DNA from: Clostridia bacterium
GTDB taxonomy: Bacteria > Bacillota > Clostridia > TANB77 > CAG-508
DNA length: 64,000 nucleotides
Direction: 5' to 3'
Assembly (NCBI GenBank): GCA_900752335.1
Contig: CAADUZ010000001.1
Location: forward strand, 1,772 to 65,771
In this document: positions 46,308-58,846 of the stretch, in pieces
Layout of the letters: each line of letters begins with the position of its first letter
How positions within the stretch are numbered: position 1 is the first letter of the stretch
Notes under the pieces: model-generated
Database searches by the model: none
Told to the model about the DNA's origin: nothing
Seen by the model: the letters and a program-made list of their open reading frames with translations, nothing else
Made by a program: the position numbers and the translations under genes

Positions 46308-48932
46308 TCAAGTAATGGTATTAGTATCAACTACTTCATTTACTTCCACTGTTTCATTTCCTTCTGGTTCGTCCGGTTCTTCTGGTTCATCTACTATTTC
46401 ATTTACAGTAAGTATTATTGTACCGCCTTTCTTTAATTTTGTACCTTCAGCAATATTTTGCTCTAGTACAACACCATTATCTTGTGAAGAATCCGTACTG
46501 TACCTTGTTTGTATATTAAGTCCGCTTAAAGCTTCTCTTGCTTCCGATATTGTCATTCCCACTACATTTGGCACTGTTATTGTCATTGTATCTGCTGTAT
46601 GTTTTGTACAAGTTTCTTTTATTTCTTCATATTTCTTACCAGCGTTTGTTTTCCAACTTGGGTTTACTTCTTTTTCTGGTGTAGATAAATATGTTTTCTT
46701 TTCCTTTTCTGGACAATATTCTGTTGCAAGTTTTCCTGTTTCTTTACATATTTCTACTGTTTTATGTCCATCGCATTTTCCTGGTACAGTTCCAGACACA
46801 AATACTTCTGTATATGTTCTTGTACATTCGTCTGTTGCTGCTCTTCCTGAATCCATACATATTTTAGCAGTTACTATATTGCTTGGTCTCTTGAAGTCTT
46901 TTCCTTCTAAATCTTCGTGAATATCAGTCATTACATTTGACCAAATTGTTCTCGAATGGTTATTACCAGGTATTTCTTCGTTATAGTCATAACCAAACCA
47001 TGTTGCTGCTGCATAATATGGTGTAAATCCACAAAGCCAATAATCAAAATAGTCTGAAGTAGTACCAGTTTTTGCTGCTACTTCCATTCCTGGTATTGCA
47101 CAAGTCCAAGCTGTACCTCCACTTGTTGTTGGTGCTGTTAATATTTCTGAAAGTACATACGCATTTCCTTCTGACATTACTCTTCTTGTTTCTTGTTTTG
47201 CTTCTAATATTATATTTCCATTTGAATCCTCTACTTTCGTGTAGAATGTTGGCTCTATATATTCTCCTCCACGAGCTATCATTGCATATGCTGCTGCCAT
47301 TTGTAATGGAGAAGTACCATTTGAGCTTCCTCCTAGTACAAGTGTAAGCATTGCATCATCTTCTTTAGTAAAGTTAGTTAAGCCTGCTTCATGTAAAAAG
47401 TCTATTGCACGTTCTGGTCCAACATTTGAAAGTATTTTCATATTAACAATATTTGAAGAATTTTTTATAGCGTCTCTTACGGTAGTTAATCCTAAATATC
47501 CTGTTGAATTTGAGAATGATTCTCCACCAAAGCTTGTTGGTGAATCATCATATACAGTTGCTGCAGTAATTATATTATCTTCTAGTCCTGGTGCTATTGC
47601 TGCAAGTGGCTTTATTGAAGAACCTGGTTGTCTGTTTAAGTCTGATGCTCTATTTTTTCCATATGTTGGTGAATCGTCTCCAAGACCTCCTACAGAGCCT
47701 ACTACTTGCCCATTAGTATGGTCTATTATTACCATTGCAGATTGTGAATGATCACCTTCTTCTGCATATTCACTTGTAGCTTCATAGATATAATCTTCAT
47801 CTAAATATTCTTCTTCAAGTCTGTCCTGTATGTCATTATCCTGTGTTGTATATATTTTATACCCATTGTTATATACCCTAGCTTTTGCTGCATCATAGTT
47901 CATGTCATATTCTTCCATCATGTCTTCTATAACTTGATCTATTGCATCTACTTCTAGGAATGATAATTCTGAAGTTGCAGAGAATTCTCCTTCTTTAAAC
48001 TTTAGTCCTGCATCTACTTCTGCTACTGCTTCGTCATATTGTTCCTGTGTTATAAATGTATTTCCATCTTGATCTTTTACTACTAACATTTGACCTAAAA
48101 CAGTTTTTGTTCTTGTTTTTATATCTTCTGCATTATCCTCGCCTTCAAATGGGTTGTAATAGTTTGGAGAGTGGTTTATACCTGCTAAAAATGCTGATTC
48201 TGCCAAGCTTAAATCTTTTGCTGATTTGTCAAAATAATAGTTTGCTCCACTTTCCACACCATATACTGTACCTCCCATGAATATTTCATTTAGGTATAGT
48301 TCTAGTATTTGCGTCTTTGAAATCATTTTTTCAACTTTATATGCACGTGACCATTCTCTTATTTTTCTTTCTATGCTGTCTTCGTCATCGTCCAATAAGT
48401 TTTTAACTAATTGTTGTGTAATTGTACTTCCACCAAATGAAGAATTACCTCCATTTAGTACATATGTAACTATTGCACCTGCAGTTCTATATAGGTCTAT
48501 TCCACTATGTTCGTAAAATCTCTCGTCTTCTATTGCCACAAATGCCTTTGGAATATATTCTCCCATTTCTGATAATGATATTATTTGTCTATTTTCTTCA
48601 CCATTAAGTTTATGAAGTAGTTTTCCCTCATTATCATATGTACTTGAGTTTTGCATTTTTATTACTAAATCTGCTTCCGTTATTTCCCATGTATCTCCAA
48701 AGAATATCGCCGCAAATGCACCTGCTGCTGCTAAACATAGTAATATAAATAAGATTATAAATATTTTTATAAACTTACGAAGTTTAGGGTGTTTTTTTAC
48801 CTTTTTATTTTTAACTTTCTTTCCTTTTACACTTTTCATTTTCTTTGTTTCCTCATTATTATTTCTTCTATTTGCTGCATGATTACCTGTCTGTATATTA
48901 TACATTTTAGTTTTATCATCTTCTCCTGGCAT
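46308..48932 (-). CDS. Class A penicillin-binding protein (glycosyltransferase plus transpeptidase) with a C-terminal PASTA domain
   Basis: GT51 motifs EDERFYEHSGID and GGSTITQQL, transpeptidase SSIKP and KTGTT, and PASTA VPNVVGMTISEA. Confidence 0.9.
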   Translation of the reverse strand: MPGEDDKTKMYNIQTGNHAANRRNNNEETKKMKSVKGKKVKNKKVKKHPKLRKFIKIFIILFILLCLAAAGAFAAIFFGDTWEITEADLVIKMQNSSTYDNEGKLLHKLNGEENRQIISLSEMGEYIPKAFVAIEDERFYEHSGIDLYRTAGAIVTYVLNGGNSSFGGSTITQQLVKNLLDDDEDSIERKIREWSRAYKVEKMISKTQILELYLNEIFMGGTVYGVESGANYYFDKSAKDLSLAESAFLAGINHSPNYYNPFEGEDNAEDIKTRTKTVLGQMLVVKDQDGNTFITQEQYDEAVAEVDAGLKFKEGEFSATSELSFLEVDAIDQVIEDMMEEYDMNYDAAKARVYNNGYKIYTTQDNDIQDRLEEEYLDEDYIYEATSEYAEEGDHSQSAMVIIDHTNGQVVGSVGGLGDDSPTYGKNRASDLNRQPGSSIKPLAAIAPGLEDNIITAATVYDDSPTSFGGESFSNSTGYLGLTTVRDAIKNSSNIVNMKILSNVGPERAIDFLHEAGLTNFTKEDDAMLTLVLGGSSNGTSPLQMAAAYAMIARGGEYIEPTFYTKVEDSNGNIILEAKQETRRVMSEGNAYVLSEILTAPTTSGGTAWTCAIPGMEVAAKTGTTSDYFDYWLCGFTPYYAAATWFGYDYNEEIPGNNHSRTIWSNVMTDIHEDLEGKDFKRPSNIVTAKICMDSGRAATDECTRTYTEVFVSGTVPGKCDGHKTVEICKETGKLATEYCPEKEKKTYLSTPEKEVNPSWKTNAGKKYEEIKETCTKHTADTMTITVPNVVGMTISEAREALSGLNIQTRYSTDSSQDNGVVLEQNIAEGTKLKKGGTIILTVNEIVDEPEEPDEPEGNETVEVNEVVDTNTIT

Positions 48933-49110
48933 GATAAACCTCCTTTGTATTCTTTATAAATTTACTCATTTATTATATAATATATTAACTAAAAAGGAAA
49001 GCTTTTTCATAAATTTTTAATAAAAGTCCTTTTTATTTTATTCAATGCTATAAGATAATAGAAAAAGGCAAACTTCAATTAAGCCTGCCCCTTTATTTAT
49101 TTTATATTTT

Positions 49111-49647
49111 TTATTCCATATCCTTTATATTTCTCATAAATATAAAGCTTTCTATTAAATCCATTATTGCATATACTAAAAGTATTATTCCTACAGTAAT
49201 TATAAGTGCGCCTGGATAAAATGTTACATATATTCCACCAATTATCATTAATACTGATAATAATAAAACAAATGCCCATATTTTTTCGTTTATATTCTTT
49301 AGCTTGAACGATAGTGTAAGTCTTGTAAATCCACTATATATAATCCAAATTCCTATCATAATTCTAAATATATTTTCTATTGTACTACTATATACAATTA
49401 CTACTAAACCTATAAGAATTGAAATTATACCTAGTGCTATATCATTATTAAACAAGCTTGAATTTCCTTTTGCTACAAAGTAGTTGATAAGTTTTATTAT
49501 TCCAAGCACTATAAAGAATATTCCTAATACCATAGAAATAAATTGCATAGTGGTTTGTGGGTTATATATCATAACACCACCTATAAATGCTAGTACCAAT
49601 GAAGTTATTATTGAAGTCCATCCCGCTTTTTTCAAAAATTTCTCCAT
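49111..49647 (-). CDS. HdeD/DUF308-family membrane protein
   Basis: Six TMs with repeated G(I/V)xxI(V/I)xG motifs. Confidence 0.6.
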   Translation of the reverse strand: MEKFLKKAGWTSIITSLVLAFIGGVMIYNPQTTMQFISMVLGIFFIVLGIIKLINYFVAKGNSSLFNNDIALGIISILIGLVVIVYSSTIENIFRIMIGIWIIYSGFTRLTLSFKLKNINEKIWAFVLLLSVLMIIGGIYVTFYPGALIITVGIILLVYAIMDLIESFIFMRNIKDME

Positions 49648-49675
49648 ATATTACTACCTCCTTATTACATTTATG

Positions 49676-50989
49676 CTATGCTGTTGTTGCTTTATTTTTA
49701 GTAGATGCCCTTTTGTTTGCAGTGTTTTTTCTTGATATTTCTCTTGCATTATTTATAACAATTTTTGGTGATGCACCGTTTAAAACGGTTTCTTTTGTAA
49801 CAATACATTTTTCTATTGCTGGGTTTGAAGGTATTTCAAACATAATATCCCTCATTATTTCTTCTATAATAGAACGCAAACCTCTTGCACCAGTCTTTCT
49901 TTCTATTGCTTTATCTACAATTAGTTCCAATGCTTCTGGTTCAAATTCTAATTCAACATTATCCATTTTCAAAAGCTTTTTATATTGTTTTACTAATGCA
50001 TTTTTTGGTTTTGTTACAATGTCTATCAATGCTTTTCTGTCTAATTCTTCAAGTGTTGCAATTATTGGTAAACGACCTACAAATTCTGGTATCAAACCAA
50101 ATTTTAATAAATCTTGTGGCAATAATTGTTCAAACACTTTATATTTATCAATATCTTTATTGCTCTCTATTGTAGCACCAAATCCTATAGATTTTTTACC
50201 AATTCTTTCTTTTACAATGTTTTCTAATCCTTCAAATGCTCCTCCGCATATAAATAATATATTTGAAGTATTAACTTGTAAAAATTCTTGGTGTGGATGC
50301 TTTCTTCCTCCTTGTGGTGGTACAGAAGCTACTGTTCCTTCTATTATTTTTAATAATGCTTGTTGTACACCTTCTCCACTTACGTCCCTTGTTATAGATG
50401 GGTTTTCTGATTTTCTTGAAATTTTATCTATTTCATCTATATATATAATTCCTTTTTCTGCTTTTTCTATATCATAATCCGCCGCTTGAACTAGTTTTAA
50501 CAATATATTTTCAACGTCTTCTCCTACGTATCCTGCTTCTGTAAGTGTTGTAGCATCTGCTATTGCAAATGGTACTTTTAATATTTTTGCAAGTGTTTGA
50601 GCAAGTAGTGTTTTACCGCATCCAGTTGGTCCTAATAATAGTACATTACTTTTTTGAAGTTCTACGTCGTCGCTTTTTTCTTCCTTGCTGTTTATACGTT
50701 TATAATGATTATATACGGCAACTGCTAGAGTCTTTTTCGCCTCTTCTTGCCCTATTACATATGTGTCCAATATGTCCTTAATTTCTGCTGGACTTGGCAA
50801 TTCTTCTTGTTCTGTTGTTGTATATCTTATTTCATCGTCTTCATATAAATCGTCTTCTACTATATTTGAACAAACTTTTATACAATCACTGCAAATAAAC
50901 ACACCAGGACCTGCAATTATTCTATCTACCTCGTCTTGTGATTTTCCACAAAAAGAGCATCTTACATTTTTTTGCTTATTGTTTGACAT
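49676..50989 (-). CDS. clpX: ATP-dependent Clp protease ATP-binding subunit ClpX
   Basis: Zinc finger CSFCGK...[13 protein letters not shown], and IIYIDEIDK. Confidence 0.95.
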   Translation of the reverse strand: MSNNKQKNVRCSFCGKSQDEVDRIIAGPGVFICSDCIKVCSNIVEDDLYEDDEIRYTTTEQEELPSPAEIKDILDTYVIGQEEAKKTLAVAVYNHYKRINSKEEKSDDVELQKSNVLLLGPTGCGKTLLAQTLAKILKVPFAIADATTLTEAGYVGEDVENILLKLVQAADYDIEKAEKGIIYIDEIDKISRKSENPSITRDVSGEGVQQALLKIIEGTVASVPPQGGRKHPHQEFLQVNTSNILFICGGAFEGLENIVKERIGKKSIGFGATIESNKDIDKYKVFEQLLPQDLLKFGLIPEFVGRLPIIATLEELDRKALIDIVTKPKNALVKQYKKLLKMDNVELEFEPEALELIVDKAIERKTGARGLRSIIEEIMRDIMFEIPSNPAIEKCIVTKETVLNGASPKIVINNAREISRKNTANKRASTKNKATTA

Positions 50990-51031
50990 TTTTATTTCCT
51001 TTCCAATTTATATTTCTTATCTTTTTGTTTT

Positions 51032-51634
51032 TTATTTTCTTTTATCCATAATTCCATCTATAAGTCCGTATTTTAATGCCTCTTCTGCTGTCATATAATT
51101 ATCTCTCTCTGTATCTCTCATAATTACGTCTAAACTTTGACCTGTTCTTTCACTTAATAATTTGTTTAATTTTTCTCTTGTTTTTACCATATGGTCTGCA
51201 TGTATTTTAATTTCAGTTGTTTGTCCTGAAAGTCCACTTCCTCCTATTAATGGTTGGTGAATTAATATTTCTGCATTTGGTGTTGCAAATCTTTTTCCTT
51301 TTTCTCCAGATGCTAAAAGTACTGCTCCCATGCTTGCTGCCATACCAATACAAATTGTTGTTACTGGACATTTTATGTAATTCATTGTATCTACAATTCC
51401 CATACCATCTGTAATTGAACCACCAGGGCTATTTATATATAAACTAATTTCTCTATCAGGGTCTTCTGACTCAAGGAATAGTAATTGTGCTATAACTAAA
51501 CTTGCTGAAGTTGGGTTTACGTCCTCTCCTAAAAATATAATTCTATCTTTTAATAATCTTGAGAAAATATCATATGATCTTTCTCCTTTTGCTGTTTGTT
51601 CTATAACATATGGAACTAAACTGTTTCTCTCCAT
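51032..51634 (-). CDS. clpP: ATP-dependent Clp protease proteolytic subunit
   Basis: GMAASMGA active-site Ser and IMIHQP-type ILIHQPL. Confidence 0.95.
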   Translation of the reverse strand: MERNSLVPYVIEQTAKGERSYDIFSRLLKDRIIFLGEDVNPTSASLVIAQLLFLESEDPDREISLYINSPGGSITDGMGIVDTMNYIKCPVTTICIGMAASMGAVLLASGEKGKRFATPNAEILIHQPLIGGSGLSGQTTEIKIHADHMVKTREKLNKLLSERTGQSLDVIMRDTERDNYMTAEEALKYGLIDGIMDKRK

Positions 51635-51811
51635 TTTTTAATTTCCTCCTTATTTTTTATTAATTTTATATTCTTAATTATGTGCTTAAAAATAAAATTT
51701 AAGCATTTAAATATTATTTTGTAATTAACATAAAAAGGTCAGTGGTCAAATCCTTTATTTTATACCTAACATATATAATAAATATATTTTCCCCCTAACC
51801 TTTTATATTAA

Positions 51812-53095
51812 TTATTTCTTCTTTGCATTTTTAACTATAAATTCTATTGCTTTTTGTGTTTTTAAATTGTTTTCTATGTATTCTTTTAATTGTTCATTTT
51901 CTGCAAGTTCTTCTTCTTTTCTTCCATATTGGCTTGCCATTTCTTTTATTTTTTCACTAACTTCTTCTGGAGTAACTTCAAAATTTTCTGCTTTTACTAT
52001 TGCCTCTAATACTAATCTTGATTTAATAGATTTTTCAGCTTGGTCTTTAAAGCTTTCTCTTACTTCAGTTTCAGTTCTATTCATCATTTGGAAATATTGA
52101 TTTAATGTTAAGCCTTGGTATGATAATCTTGTTTCCATATCTTTCATCATGTTGTCAATTTCTAGTTCTACCATACCACTTGGAATATCTAATTTTGTAT
52201 TATCGCATACAACTTTTATTGCTTCTTCTTCTGTTTCATATTTAGCTCTGTCAGCGTTTTCTGTATCTAATTTTTCTTTTATGCTATTTTTTAGTTCAGA
52301 AATAGTGTCAAATTCACTAACGTCTTTTGCGAATTCGTCATCTATTTTTGGTAATTCTTTTTTCTTTATTTCATGTAATTTTACTTTAAATACTGCATCT
52401 TTTCCAGCTAAATCTTTTGCAAAATAGTCGTCTGGGAATTTTACTTTTACGTCTTTCTCTTCTTCTAACTTCATTCCAATTATTTGGTCTTCAAATCCTG
52501 GTATGAATGTGTTACTTCCTATCTCTAATTCATGGTTTTCTGCTTTTCCACCTTCAAAAGCTACACCATCTATAGAACCTTCGAAATCTATAGTTGTAAT
52601 ATCTCCTTTTTCTACTGGTCTATCTTCTACAGTTACTAATCTTGCATTTCTTTCAGCCATATGTCCTAATTCATGTTCTATATCTTTATCTGTTGTAGTA
52701 TACTCTATTTTTTTAATTTCTATACCTTTATATTTTCCAAGTTCTACTTCTGGTTTTGTTTCAACTGTTGCTGTAAATATTAATTCTTTTCCTTTTTCCA
52801 TTTGAACTATATCTATATTTGGTCTGCTAACAGCTTCTATTTTGTTTTCTTTAATAGCCTCATCATATATATCTGGAACTAATTCGTTAAAAGCATCTTC
52901 ATAAAATATTGCTGAACCGTATTGTCTTTCAACTAATTGCATTGGTGCTTTTCCCTTTCTGAAGCCAGGTATGTTAAAATATTTTGCTGTTTTTGTGTAC
53001 ACCTTTTTCATTGCTTCTTCAAATTTTTCTGCTTCAATGTTGAATGTTAATTTAACTTCATTTTTATTTTCTGTGTTTTCTACTTTTACGCTCAT
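51812..53095 (-). CDS. tig: Trigger factor
   Basis: GFRKGKAP ribosome-binding motif and a PPIase middle domain. It lies upstream of clpP-clpX. Confidence 0.9.
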   Translation of the reverse strand: MSVKVENTENKNEVKLTFNIEAEKFEEAMKKVYTKTAKYFNIPGFRKGKAPMQLVERQYGSAIFYEDAFNELVPDIYDEAIKENKIEAVSRPNIDIVQMEKGKELIFTATVETKPEVELGKYKGIEIKKIEYTTTDKDIEHELGHMAERNARLVTVEDRPVEKGDITTIDFEGSIDGVAFEGGKAENHELEIGSNTFIPGFEDQIIGMKLEEEKDVKVKFPDDYFAKDLAGKDAVFKVKLHEIKKKELPKIDDEFAKDVSEFDTISELKNSIKEKLDTENADRAKYETEEEAIKVVCDNTKLDIPSGMVELEIDNMMKDMETRLSYQGLTLNQYFQMMNRTETEVRESFKDQAEKSIKSRLVLEAIVKAENFEVTPEEVSEKIKEMASQYGRKEEELAENEQLKEYIENNLKTQKAIEFIVKNAKKK

Positions 53096-53170
53096 TTTTT
53101 TCATTCCTTTCATGTTTTTATTTCTAATAAGCTTAATTATTATATCACATTTTTTGCATTTTGCAATAGT

Positions 53171-53398
53171 TTACATATTTTTTCTTGCATTTTCTTGTGA
53201 ATTTGTCTGCGTTTCCTCTAATACGTTGCGCTCAAACCAACTTTCTAATCTATTGGCACTCTCGTCATAACTATCACTACTTTCATTCATTAAATCTCTT
53301 ACTTTGTTTGTACCAAACACTAACATTGCAGTTATGGCTGCAATTAATAAGATAATACCTATAAACATTGGAATATTAATTTCTACGGTTCTTCCCAT
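53171..53398 (-). CDS. Small single-TM protein of unknown function
   Basis: ORF with an RBS-like GGAGAGAAAAAA upstream. No family recognised. Confidence 0.35.
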   Translation of the reverse strand: MGRTVEINIPMFIGIILLIAAITAMLVFGTNKVRDLMNESSDSYDESANRLESWFERNVLEETQTNSQENARKNM

Positions 53399-53411
53399 AT
53401 TTTTTCTCTCC

Positions 53412-54107
53412 TTATATTTCTACTAAATCAAATTTTAAGTAGTCTGCACTTATAAGTTTATATTCAATTCCATGCACATTTCCTTCTACCGCATCATTAT
53501 GTGATGCTCCATGTAAGTGGCCATAATAGCACCTATGTATATTATATTTTTCTAATGTCTTTTCAAATTCTGTTTTTTCATTAATATTCTTATTAATTGG
53601 TGGATAATGCATAAATGCTATTATTTCCTTATCTGTTCCAAATTTATTTATTCCATCTTGTATTGATAATTCCAGTCTTGCTTTTTCTCTTTTTATCATT
53701 TTGCTATTATTTTCTGTATCTTGTATATTCCAGCCTCTAGTCCCTACAATTATTTTATTTTCAATTAAATAACTGTTATTATATAAAAATTCTATATTGT
53801 CAAACTCATTTTCCTTTAAAAAGTTATTCATTTTTGTTATGGTAGTCCACCAATAATCATGGTTTCCTTTTAATAATATTTTTCTTCCAGGTAAATCGTT
53901 TAAGTATTTGAAATCTAATTTAGTATCTTTCAAATTCATTTCCCAAGAAAAATCCCCCGGAAGAATTACACAGTCTTCTTTCTTTACTTTTTTTATCCAA
54001 TTATTTCTTATTTTTTCAGCATGATTTTCCCAATTATCTCCAAATATATCCATTGGTTTGTCATGTAGGAACGATAAATGTAAATCTGCTATTGCATATA
54101 TTGACAT
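53412..54107 (-). CDS. Metallophosphoesterase-family protein
   Basis: The IADLHL, GDFSW, GNHDYW and GHLH motifs are present. Confidence 0.75.
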   Translation of the reverse strand: MSIYAIADLHLSFLHDKPMDIFGDNWENHAEKIRNNWIKKVKKEDCVILPGDFSWEMNLKDTKLDFKYLNDLPGRKILLKGNHDYWWTTITKMNNFLKENEFDNIEFLYNNSYLIENKIIVGTRGWNIQDTENNSKMIKREKARLELSIQDGINKFGTDKEIIAFMHYPPINKNINEKTEFEKTLEKYNIHRCYYGHLHGASHNDAVEGNVHGIEYKLISADYLKFDLVEI

Positions 54108-54149
54108 TTTTTACCCCTATCTAAAATATTATAACAGTTATTAAATATA

Positions 54150-55139
54150 CTATTGTATTTTTAAGTTTGGTACTGCATTTAATTCTAAATCTGATACTAC
54201 ACCTGATATGTATCTGTAATATCCTGCAGATGCTATCATTGCGGCATTATCTGTACACAATATTGGTTCTGGATAATATATTTTATATCCTTTTGCTTCC
54301 AGTTTTATAAATTCGCTTCGTATATATGAATTTGCAGAAACCCCTCCTGCTAAAGCAATAGTTTTAATTTTTAGTTTTTCTGCGGCTTTTAAACTATTTG
54401 TTACTAAAATATCTGTTACATATTTTTCAAAACTTGCACATAAATCTGCCTTATTTATGTCTGGATTTTTATGGTGCAAATTTATAATTGCTGTTTTTAC
54501 ACCACTAAAACTAAAGTCTAGCCCTTCAATATGCGTTTTTGGTAATTCTATACTTGCATGTCCTTCTTTTGCTAAATTATCTACTTTTGGTCCCCCTGGG
54601 TATCCAAGCCCTATTACTCTTGCGACCTTATCAAACGCTTCACCTATTGCATCATCTCTAGTTTTTCCAATTATCTCAAATTTGTCATAATCTTTAATAT
54701 GTACTAAATGAGTATGTCCACCTGAAATTATTAGACATAAAAATGGTGGTTTTAAATCTTTATGTGTTATATAATTTGCTGCAATATGTCCTTCTATATG
54801 GTTAGTTCCTGTTAAAGGTTTGCCCAGTGCATAACTTAAGCCTTTTGCGTATGATACCCCAACAAGTAATGCTCCTACAAGTCCAGGTCCATATGTACAT
54901 GCTATATTGTCTATATCTTGGTATGTAATTTTAGCTTGTTTTATTGCTTCTTCTGTTACACCAGAAATGGCTTCTATATGATTCCTAGAAGCTATTTCTG
55001 GTACAACACCTCCAAATTTTTCATGTATTTTTATTTGTGAATTTATAACATTGGACAAAACCTCTCTGCCATTTTTTATTACTGCCACAGAAGTTTCGTC
55101 ACAACTCGATTCAATTCCTAGTGTAATTATATCTTTCAT
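54150..55139 (-). CDS. tsaD: tRNA N6-adenosine threonylcarbamoyltransferase
   Basis: [14 protein letters not shown] and NHIEGHI. About 330 aa. Confidence 0.9.
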   Translation of the reverse strand: MKDIITLGIESSCDETSVAVIKNGREVLSNVINSQIKIHEKFGGVVPEIASRNHIEAISGVTEEAIKQAKITYQDIDNIACTYGPGLVGALLVGVSYAKGLSYALGKPLTGTNHIEGHIAANYITHKDLKPPFLCLIISGGHTHLVHIKDYDKFEIIGKTRDDAIGEAFDKVARVIGLGYPGGPKVDNLAKEGHASIELPKTHIEGLDFSFSGVKTAIINLHHKNPDINKADLCASFEKYVTDILVTNSLKAAEKLKIKTIALAGGVSANSYIRSEFIKLEAKGYKIYYPEPILCTDNAAMIASAGYYRYISGVVSDLELNAVPNLKIQ

Positions 55140-55181
55140 TATTTCTCCTATTAATTTTAATGCCCTATATTTGTTCTTTAT

Positions 55182-55937
55182 TTATATAATTCCAAACATA
55201 CTTAAGAATAAATTAGTTAGTCCACTCTTTACAAATAAAATAATTGGTTCTACTATTAAGCTCAATATTCCTACTATCCATAGAGCTATAAATATTAGTT
55301 CAAATATTTGGCTATGTGATTCTATCCAGTTTTTTGCATTATATGGTAAGAAACCACATAATATTTTTGAGCCATCTAGTGGTGGCAATGGGATTAAGTT
55401 AAATATCCCAAGTCCAATGTTAATAGAAATTATCTTTTGTACTACTTCAATAGCAATTATTACAGCTCGATTTGAAGCTGTAAGCATTCCATCTGCCATT
55501 TCAATACCCGGTGCCAGTTTTATTATTAAGCAAAGCACGATTTCAAAAAGAATTGCTAATATAAAGTTCATTAATGGTCCTGCTGCTGATACAATCGCTT
55601 CTGCTTTAGAAAGTGACATATTTCTATTAAAATTTCTAGGATCTATTTCAACTGGTTTTCCCCAACCAAATCCAGCAAATACTAGCATTATTGTACCAAA
55701 CAAGTCCAAATGCTTAAATGGATTTAAGTTTAATCGTCCTTGTCTTCTCGGAGTATCATCTCCTAATTTGTCTGCTGCAAAAGCATGTGCAAATTCATGA
55801 AAGGTTATTGCTATTAGTATTCCTGGAATAGAAATAACAAATGCAAATAAAGCGCCTTCGTTCGAAAACAAGCTCATAAAAGAGCTAAATAGCATTAATG
55901 CTATAATTAAAAATATAAATCTTCTATCTATATACAT
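55182..55937 (-). CDS. Site-2 protease (M50) family membrane metalloprotease
   Basis: HEFAHAFAA (HExxH) and NLIPLPPLDG. Confidence 0.8.
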   Translation of the reverse strand: MYIDRRFIFLIIALMLFSSFMSLFSNEGALFAFVISIPGILIAITFHEFAHAFAADKLGDDTPRRQGRLNLNPFKHLDLFGTIMLVFAGFGWGKPVEIDPRNFNRNMSLSKAEAIVSAAGPLMNFILAILFEIVLCLIIKLAPGIEMADGMLTASNRAVIIAIEVVQKIISINIGLGIFNLIPLPPLDGSKILCGFLPYNAKNWIESHSQIFELIFIALWIVGILSLIVEPIILFVKSGLTNLFLSMFGII

Positions 55938-55986
55938 ACATAAAATCCTTTTCTAATATATTTTAAGTAATTTTCCCCTATAGTTT

Positions 55987-56481
55987 CTATCTATTTAAAT
56001 TATCATAAAAACTTTTCTTGTATTCCTCTATTTTTTCGTAGCTCACAATTCCGATTTTAAATAGTATTTGCTCTGTTGGAATTTTATATATTATGTCTGT
56101 TTTCACTAAACTATCCTTATCCAAATTATTTTGTTTATCTTTTTCTAGTAATTTGTTTGCTTTAAATTTTAATTTATTTAAATTAGAAGATACAAGCATC
56201 CCAAAATTCTCTATTGGAACAGCAATATTATCTTGATCTATTATTACAAAGAAATGATTTTTCCCCTTTTCACCACTAGGATAACTATATTCTCTAACAA
56301 AAACTATATCACCTATTTCGTAAAAATTATAAGATTTATCGTTTTCGTTTAACACATTTTCTACTTTTCCCTTATGCCATTCTTCTTCAACCGGATATTC
56401 TTCAAATGCATCTTTTAAGTCTTTAACTTTTCCATATTCATAAGCTGTTTTTAAAAAATCACTCAATTCGTTTTTGGGCAT
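55987..56481 (-). CDS. Hypothetical protein with a possible MazF/PemK-like SH3-barrel core
   Basis: An approximately 65-aa N-terminal extension is followed by GDIVFV...GKNHFFVII...LVSS...VKTDIIYKI. The resemblance is weak and the RP motif is absent. Confidence 0.3.
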   Translation of the reverse strand: MPKNELSDFLKTAYEYGKVKDLKDAFEEYPVEEEWHKGKVENVLNENDKSYNFYEIGDIVFVREYSYPSGEKGKNHFFVIIDQDNIAVPIENFGMLVSSNLNKLKFKANKLLEKDKQNNLDKDSLVKTDIIYKIPTEQILFKIGIVSYEKIEEYKKSFYDNLNR

Positions 56482-56624
56482 GATTTGATTAATCTCCTTT
56501 TAATTAATTTTTCCCTCATTTAATTTCTTGTAAACACTTTTTAAGATTTCATATCTAAAACCAGTTTTTTATATACATTATTAATTCTTCCGTTGCTTTT
56601 GAAAAGTCAACCGTATTGCACCTC

Positions 56625-58139
<1,515 letters not shown>

Positions 58140-58226
58140 TTAAGTGTTTATGCACTTTTCATACGTTTAATATTATATACTATTTTACTATTTTTGTAAA
58201 CCAATTATTTAATTTAAATTAGATAA

Positions 58227-58766
58227 TTAAATTATTTTTTCTAAATCTTTCCAGTTATTGACTCTTTTTAGTTTCGTTTCTCTATTTTTATTTACTATTG
58301 AATTAAATACAATCGCTTTTATTCCTACATTTTTTGCTTCTTCACATAATTTTATAGAATCATCTATTAATATATCTATACCCTCTGCTTTACATATTCT
58401 AGCCTTATCAAAAGCATTAAATATTATTTTATCATATACAATACCATTTTCTTCTAGATAGTCCAATGTTAATTTCTCTGTTCCTTTAAATCTTTCTTCT
58501 CCTCTTGAAGTTATTAGTATTATATCGTTTGATTCTTTTAATTTCTTTAATACAGATTTCGCATTTTCTTTTACTTTTGCCTTTCTCATTATTTCCACAA
58601 CATTACTATCAATAAACCTAGAAATAATCTCGTTAGAAATATCTCCTCTCATAATTTCTTCCATGTGGTTTATAATATCTCCATTATTATCTAATCTTGA
58701 TATATACTCTTCTATTATTTTTGAAGTATCTACAATAACGTCATCTATATCAATACCAAGTTTCAT
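58227..58766 (-). CDS. HAD-superfamily hydrolase, NT5C-like nucleotidase
   Basis: MKLGIDIDDVIVDT (DxDx motif I) and ILIDDS. Confidence 0.55.
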   Translation of the reverse strand: MKLGIDIDDVIVDTSKIIEEYISRLDNNGDIINHMEEIMRGDISNEIISRFIDSNVVEIMRKAKVKENAKSVLKKLKESNDIILITSRGEERFKGTEKLTLDYLEENGIVYDKIIFNAFDKARICKAEGIDILIDDSIKLCEEAKNVGIKAIVFNSIVNKNRETKLKRVNNWKDLEKII

Positions 58767-58846
58767 ACAATCCTCCATATATAAATATTTTTTGTTAAAA
58801 TGATTATATATGATTTACTCTTTTTAGTAAATATTTCAAACTAATT

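Noticed and set aside
51737-51750. GGTCAGTGGTCAAA upstream of clpP as a possible CtsR operator.
   Set aside because: The CtsR consensus is two (A/G)GTCAAA heptads separated by 3 nt, giving a 10-nt period. Here the period is 7 nt and the first heptad is imperfect, so the site cannot be supported without comparative data.
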